Under the pieces are notes generated by a model that searched no databases, was not told the origin of the DNA, and saw only the letters and a program-made list of their open reading frames with translations. Made by a program: the position numbers and the translations under genes. Below are positions 56,712-64,000 of a DNA stretch of 64,000 nucleotides, in pieces. Source of the DNA: the human T2T-CHM13v2.0 reference genome, Homo sapiens; NCBI RefSeq assembly GCF_009914755.1, contig NC_060947.1. One strand, written 5' to 3'. Numbering within the stretch: position 1 is the first letter of the stretch; every line of letters starts with the position of its first letter.

Positions 56712-57223
56712 TGTATTAGTTTCTGACTGCTGTTGTAAGAAGTCACTACTAGTTTAGTTGCTTAGAACAGCACAAATTTTTTATCTTATAGAGGTCAGAA
56801 GTCCTAAAATCTATGTGTCAACAGGGCTGAATTTTTAATGGAGGCTGTAGGAAAGAATTCATTTCTGTGCCTTCTCTAGTTTCTAGAGGCTACCTATGCT
56901 TCTAGAGGCCATCTTGGCTCATGGCCCCTTCCTTCATCATCAAAGCCAGCAACATAGCATCTTTAAATCTCTTTCCTCTCTGACCTCTACTTCTCTTATC
57001 ACATCTCCTTCTCTGGCTCTGACTCCACTGCCTCCCTCTTTCCCTTATAAGGACATGTGATTACAACGAACCCATGCAGATAATTCAAGATATTCTCCCC
57101 ATCTCAAGATGCTTACCTTAATCACATCTATAAAGTCCCTTTTGCCATATAAAGTAACATATTCACAGGTTCTGGGGTTGGGACATGGACATCTTTGGTA
57201 GAGGTGTTATTTGGTCTACTGCA
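56712..57223 (-). mobile_element. MLT1B/C-type MaLR solo LTR inserted in L2
   Basis: TGTATTAGTTTC...GGACATGGACATCTTTGG...CTACTGCA; perfect TSD AGAGG. Confidence 0.82.
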
Positions 57224-58220
57224 AGAGGGAAGAGCATTTTAAGTGGAAGAAACAACATGTGCAAAAGCCCTGGGATTGGACAGTGTATCTCAAATCAAAG
57301 GGACTAGAAGTAGGTCAGTGTGGCTAGCGCCCAGAAGATAGAGAAAGAATGGGACATGAAGAAGCTAGAGAGATAGGCAGGGACTAGACCTATATAGGAC
57401 CTTTCAGGCTATGTAAAATGATTTTACCTGGATCCTCAAAGCCATATGAAAACATAGGCTTTAAGCAGGAGAATTGGCATGCTTCTATTTACATTTTGAG
57501 AAGACAATTCTGCTGCAGGCTGTGGAGAATGGACTGGAGGAGCTAGTAGTTGAGGTGAACAATAATGATAGCTTGTACTAGCTGGAAGTGGAGAGAAGTT
57601 GAAGGATGGGAGAGATATAGGAGGAAACTCAACAGGGCTGGATAATGCTTGGTCATGAGGCTTCAGTGAGACAGAGGAATGAAGGATGCCAAAAATAACT
57701 AACTGGCTTCAGTCCTGCATCCTTGGGATGAATGATGACGCAACTCATTATGATAGGGAACGGGTCATGAACAAGGATGAAGTTTGTTTTGGACACTCAT
57801 GAGTTTGGTTTGGAATTGCTAGGTTTGGCATGCCCTTGAGCCATCCATGAGGAGGTGTCATGTAGGCCATTGGTAGAGGTCTGGAGCTCAGAGGAGAGGT
57901 CTAAGGCGGTGATAGAATTTTCTGAGCCATCGTCATTTAAATGTCTGAGGTACAGTGTGAAGGAGTTTTTTAGGAAGAGTGGGATGGGAAGGGGATGTAG
58001 TTAAGGGCCAAGGATTAAGGAACTCCAAAATTTAATAGCTTGGCAAGGAGGACAAACCTACTCAAAACAGAGAGCCCAGAAAGGTAGAAAGAAAAGTTAG
58101 CAGGACATTGTTTCCTTGAAACCAAGGGAAGTGAATTTTTTTTTTTTTTAAAGTAGTGACTGGTCACCAGTGTAAAGAGGAGAACAGAAAAATGTCTCTT
58201 GGATTTAATGACATTATCAA
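57224..58220 (-). mobile_element. L2 remnant (also ~56440-56711)
   Basis: ATGTGCAAAAGCCCTGGG...GTCTGGAGCTCAGAGGAGAGGTCT...TTGGATTTAATGACA. Confidence 0.72.
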
Positions 58221-58947
58221 GTACATTCCTCAAAAGTGTAGGGCTGCCTAAGTCTGTATATTTCTTCTCGTTTTTTTTTTTGAGATGAAGAAACTAAGCC
58301 ACACTAGAAGAAAATAACTTAACCAAGGCAAAATCACAGGAAACTGAACTGGGCGAAGCCAGTTTCTTATTTGGAACCTCAATCCTCTGATACCTGTGGC
58401 CCCAGGTTGAGCTCACAGCTCTCCCTCTTCTTTGTTAAGGTCCAAAGAAATTACCAGAAGTGCAGCACTTTATACACCATTGGCACTCAAACATTTATTG
58501 ACGGACTACTTGGAGAACTCACACATTTCTTCCTGACATGTACTAATCTTACCCACAGGAATTAGCAATTCTTACTCATGTACGACCTCAAGGTTCTGAT
58601 TCATAAAACAAACAAACAAACAAACAAAAACCAAAAAACCCTTCTGTCTTATTCATTGAAGTATGCTTTTTAAAAACCATAACAGCTTTTGTATTCTCAC
58701 GTGCCTGAGAGATTATTTTTGTATTGTGTGCTCTTGGTCATTTCCTTCTTGTGTGTGAAAATGTTTGGGAACAGTTCTTTGTGTAGACAAAGTGGAAACA
58801 ATTTTTTTAAATGGAAGAGGATGTTTTCACTGTGGAAGAGATGGTAGACAGGGCATTCACAAGTTTGACCTCCCAACCAGGCTCTGAAAAATCTTTATGA
58901 ACCAGCTTTCCACCATTCGTCTTTTTTTTTTTTTTAATGGGTCCATA

Positions 58948-59046
58948 GCTTGAACCCAGGAGGTGGAGGTTGTAGTGAGCCACGATTGTGCCACTGCACT
59001 GCAGCCTGGGCAACAGAGTGAGACTCTGCCTCAAAAAAAAAAAAAA
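58948..59046 (+). mobile_element. Severely 5'-truncated Alu (3' ~85 bp plus tail) with 13-bp TSD
   Basis: TSD AATGGG(T/C)CCATAG at 58936-58948 and 59047-59059. Confidence 0.9.
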
Positions 59047-59281
59047 AATGGGCCCATAGTACTTGCTGCAACTGAAGACAAGAAACAGAAGTTATGAGCA
59101 GAAAATGAAGCTCTATGTGTGTGTGAATAATTTGCTACTTTAAGAATGAAACAGAACTACCAGCAGTTTTACTCCTATAATCAACAGAATTGAGCACACT
59201 TGGATGAGTTGTATCCAAAATGTTCATAGCAACATTATTGCCAAGAGCCCCAAACTGAAATAAAAAGCCCCCAATTCTCAT

Positions 59282-59536
59282 TGTATCAGTTAGCTTCTGC
59301 TGCATAACAAATTACTCCAAAACTTAGCAGTTAAAAAAAACAAATTATGATTCTGGAGTTTAGCAATTTGAACTGGGCTCAGCTGGATGGTTCTACTAAT
59401 CTGAGGTAACCAAAATCAGCTGAGCCTGTCCCAGACCAGAGAATAACTCTCCAGTAGAATCTAAACTAAATACAAGTTATTGTGATAAGCCACTACATTC
59501 TGGGTGGTTGCTATCCAGTAATAGATAACTGATACA
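59282..59536. mobile_element. Two oppositely oriented MLT1 3' fragments joined
   Basis: Begins TGTATCAGTTA, ends TAACTGATACA. Confidence 0.65.
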
Positions 59537-60431
59537 AAGCCACCTCAGTTCATGGTCTTAAAGGGCATAGGTAAGTTTCTCAAGTTCCTAGAATAAAAGA
59601 TATAGTAGTTATTTCCTCCAAGTTTTCCCTTCTCCTTTGCCCGAAGGACAAATTCATGATCTTGAAAACAGAGCAATTGTGGAAACTGCTGAAGTTTTTC
59701 TTAGTGAATGTAGTTATAGTTATAGTAGTCCCTCCTCCAGTTATGGCAACAAAATATCTCCAGATAGACATTGCCAAATGCCCCTGTGGGGCACAATTGC
59801 TCCTGGTTGAAAACTACTGTTCTTGAAAAACTGTTTAGGGAACATCAATGCAGATACCCCTCTGAAAACTAAGGAGGGTGATGGGAACGGATGACAGTGA
59901 AGCAAGTGAAGAAATAGGGAGAGAGGGATGAACAAATATAGAGAGAGGAATGAACATTTATTCAGCCCCAACCATGTGCATTGCTAAGGTCATTAAAATC
60001 TCACAAGAGCCTTGTGAAGAAGTTACCATCACCTCATCTTACAGATGAGGAACTAGAGGCTTAGGGAACATAAGTAACAGGTGAAGCTGGTAATGTAAGC
60101 CAGGTGTGTCTAATTCCAATATCCACCATAGATCCAGGGCTGCCTCCCATTTAGGTCAAAAAAAGTCAGAGATATCCAGCAGTAGCCACCCAAAGATGGT
60201 CGATGGTCCTAAGAAGGGAACACAGGCCCTTCTATGATGACTCAAAAGGCAGTATCCCAACTCTGGTGAGTGACTGTGGGGAGTGCAAGGCTCAGGGAGG
60301 GTTATAAAGCAGTACACCATTCACCATTAACAACTTTCTAGGGCTTAGGTTGGAGATGGAGAACTGTTATTAGTTCAAGATAAGAAGAGAGTGATAAATT
60401 GAAATCCACCAATAATGTCCACACCTCATTT

Positions 60432-61077
<646 letters not shown>

Positions 61078-61384
61078 TAATGCATGTAACTTATATTTTA
61101 ACAGACAATGCATGCACATAGTACAAAATTTTAAAGTAAGCAGTAAAGGGTAAGTTTCCCTCCTATCTTTCACCCCTTTCTCGTCCCAAAAGGCAACCAC
61201 GGTTATCAGTTTTTTGTGTATCGTTCGAGAGATATTCTATATTTAGTCAAGCAATATATGTATTTTTTTAATCAATGGTGATATAGTACGCATATTTTCG
61301 GCACCGTAACTATATGTGTGTGTGTGCTTATGCATACATATGTAAATGTATATTTGTATATGGATACACACAGAGATATATATA

Positions 61385-62949
61385 CAGTCATGCACCACAT
61401 AACAATGTTTTGGTCCATGACAGAAATGACAATGGTCCCTAAGATTATAATGAAGCTGAAAAATTCCTATCACTTAGTGATGTCATAGCACAACACGTTA
61501 CTTGCGTGTTTGTAGTGATGCTGGTGTAAACAACTCTACCACTCTACCAGTAATATAAAAGTTCAGCACATACCATTATGCACGGTCCATAATACTTGAT
61601 AATGATAATAATAGGCCATGTTACTGGCTTATGTATTTATTATATCATAATTTTTATTGTTATTTTAGAGTGTACTCCTTCTACTTATATGTTTTTTAAA
61701 AGCTAACTGTAAGGCAGCCTCAGGCAGGTCCTCCAGGAGATATCCAGAAGAAGACATTGTTATCATAGGAGATGACAGCTCCATGCATGTTATTGCCCCT
61801 GAAGATCTTCCAGTGGCACAAGCTGTGGAGGTGGAAGACAGTGATATTGATGGCTCTTGCCCTGTGTAGGCCTAGGCTAATGTGAGTGTTTGTGTCTTAG
61901 TTTTCAACAGAAAATTTTAAAGTAAAATTAAAAAGCCATAGAATGAGGAGAAAGTAAAGAAAGAAAATATTTTTGTGCAGCTGTACAATGTGTTGGTGTT
62001 TTAAGCTAGGAATAATTACTAAAAAGTCAAAGTTAAAAAATTGAAAAGTTTATAAAGTAAAAATGTTACAGTAAGCTAAGGTTAATTTATTATTAAAGAA
62101 AGAAAAGTTTTAAAATAAATTTAATGTAGCCTAAGTGTACAGTGCTTATAAAGCCTGCAGTAGTACACAGTAATCTCCTAAACCTTCATATTTACTCACT
62201 GCTCACTCACTGCCTCACCTAAAGCAACTTCCAGTCCTGTAAACTCCATTTATGGTAAGTACCCCATACAGATTGATAAGGTTTGAATTTGTGTCCCGAC
62301 CCAGATCTCATGTTGAACTGTAATCCCCACTGTTGGAGGAGGAGCCTGGTGGAAGGTGATTGGATCATGGGGGCGAATGGCCCCTTGCTGTTCTCGTGAT
62401 AGTGGGTGAATGCTCATGAGACCTGGTTGCTTAAAAGTATGTGGCACCTTCCCCTTTGCTCTCTTCCTCCTTCTCCAGCCATGTAAGACGTGCCTGCTTC
62501 CCCTTGCTTTCTGCCATGATTGTTAAGTATCTTGAGACCTCTCCAGCCATGCTTCCTGTACAGCCTGTAGAACTGTGTCAATTAAACCTCTGTTCTTCAT
62601 AAATTACCCAGTCTTGGGTAGTTCTTTATGGCAATGTGAGGATGGACTGATACAAAGGTGAACCATTTTCCATCTTTTATACTGTATTTTTACTGTACCT
62701 TTTCTATGTTTAGCTATGTTTAGATACATAAACAGTTACCATTGTATTACAACTGCCTACAGTATTCAGCATAGTAACATGCTGTACGGGTTTGTAGCCT
62801 AGAAGCAATAGGCTATATCATATAGTTTACATGTGTAGTAGGCTGTACCATCTAGGTTTGTGTAAGTCACTCTATGATGTTCACACAACAACAAAACTAC
62901 CTAACACATTTCTCAGAATATATCCCTGTCCTTAAGTGAAATGTTACTG
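61385..62949. mobile_element. Tigger3/GOLEM (MER7B-like) DNA transposon deletion derivative, inside an L1ME remnant
   Basis: TA-CAGTCATGCACCACATAAC start; TTAAGTGAAATGTTACTG end; internal TAGCCTAGAAGCAATAGGCTATA. Confidence 0.82.
62274..62654 (+). mobile_element. MSTA-type MaLR solo LTR inserted in Tigger3
   Basis: TGATAAGGTTTG...AAATTACCCAGTC...GGACTGATACA. Confidence 0.86.
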
Positions 62950-63229
62950 TGTGTGTGTGTATATTTATAATCTTGGAGCACCTCTGAAATCAGTACATGA
63001 AGATCTGTCTCTTTTCAATAGTTGCCTAGTATTCCATAGTAGGAATATGGAATAATTTTGTAAACTGTTCTTCTAGTGATGGACATTTAGATTGTTTCTA
63101 TTCTGTTGCTATTATAAACAAAACCTCAATAAACAACACTATACACACATTTTTTTCCCATTATGTGCAAGTGTATCTATTTATCCAGATTGAGTTTAAT
63201 TACTTTATATTTCCTCTTTCTTTCTGCAG

Positions 63230-63359
63230 TGTCAGTGCTAAGATCAGTGTAACTTTGGAAGCAAGGAAAAAAAAATAGAGCATCTGAACAAAATATGAAA
63301 TATACAATTAATCTTGATAAATCAAGCTTCGAAGGAAAATAGGAGAATGATCACAAGTG
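63230..63359 (+). other. Candidate 130-nt non-coding exon
   Basis: TTTAAT branch-like motif, long pyrimidine tract, CAG acceptor; GTG|GTAAGT donor; stops in all three frames. Confidence 0.35.
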
Positions 63360-63790
63360 GTAAGTAAAATATTAAGTCACCTGGTTTCTCAGGTCCCAGA
63401 TTCTTCATCTAGAAACTGCTAGAAGGAGATAGGACCTCAGCTATTCTTCAGTGCATCCCCCCTCCACGTTTTTACATATGAGGACACTGAGATCCAGAGA
63501 TACTTGTAAATAGAAATGCTCAGTTAGATTGAAATCTAAGTATTCGAAGTTCCAGTTCTGTGCTCTTTTCAATACACTATCACAATGTTCTTCTCAACCC
63601 TACTATTTTGAAACTAAGAAAAAATTGTTCTTTAAAGCCCAAACAGACTGCATCTACTTCTGCCTTCTAAAGTAGTAGCATAATTCAACAGTGAACTAAT
63701 CTCTGCTCCCTTTTAATAACAGAAACTTGGGAATGAGAGAGAAAGCAAAGATGGATATTTCAAAACCTCTGCCAGTAAAGTATTTGGCCC

Positions 63791-64000
63791 ATTATTTTAT
63801 TTTATTTTATTTTATTTTATTTTATTTTATTTTATTTTATTTTATTATTATTATACTTTAAGTTTTAGGGTACATGTGCACAACGTGCAGGTTTGTTACA
63901 TATGTATACATGTGCCATGTTGGTGTGCTGCACCCATTAACTCGTCATTTAGCATTAGGTATATCTCCTAATGCTATCCCTCCCCGCTCCCCCAACCCCA
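63791..64000 (-). mobile_element. Young L1PA (L1PA3/4-like) 3' end with (AAAAT)n tail, continuing beyond the window
   Basis: (ATTTT)n then TTATACTTTAAGTTTTAGGGTACATGTGCAC...CCCATTAACTCGTCATTTAGCATTAGG. Confidence 0.95.

Overview
Primate (human-like) non-coding genomic DNA. It is CpG-depleted and dominated by interspersed repeats: about 13 Alus, several old and two young L1 fragments, L2/MIR remnants, many MaLR and ERV solo LTRs, and hAT and Tigger DNA transposons, often nested with recognisable target-site duplications (TSDs). No protein-coding gene, RNA gene or CpG island can be supported; the ORF track is explained by repeats and chance. The most unusual feature is a 180-bp, ungapped, ~93% identical inverted duplication of apparently unique sequence (17158-17337 / 18936-19115). 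It brackets a 1.6-kb segment carrying a (CTG)3(CCG)3(CTG)5 repeat. There is also one strong candidate non-coding exon (63230-63359, +). Repeat subfamily names come from recalled consensus sequences and are provisional; boundaries of old elements are approximate.
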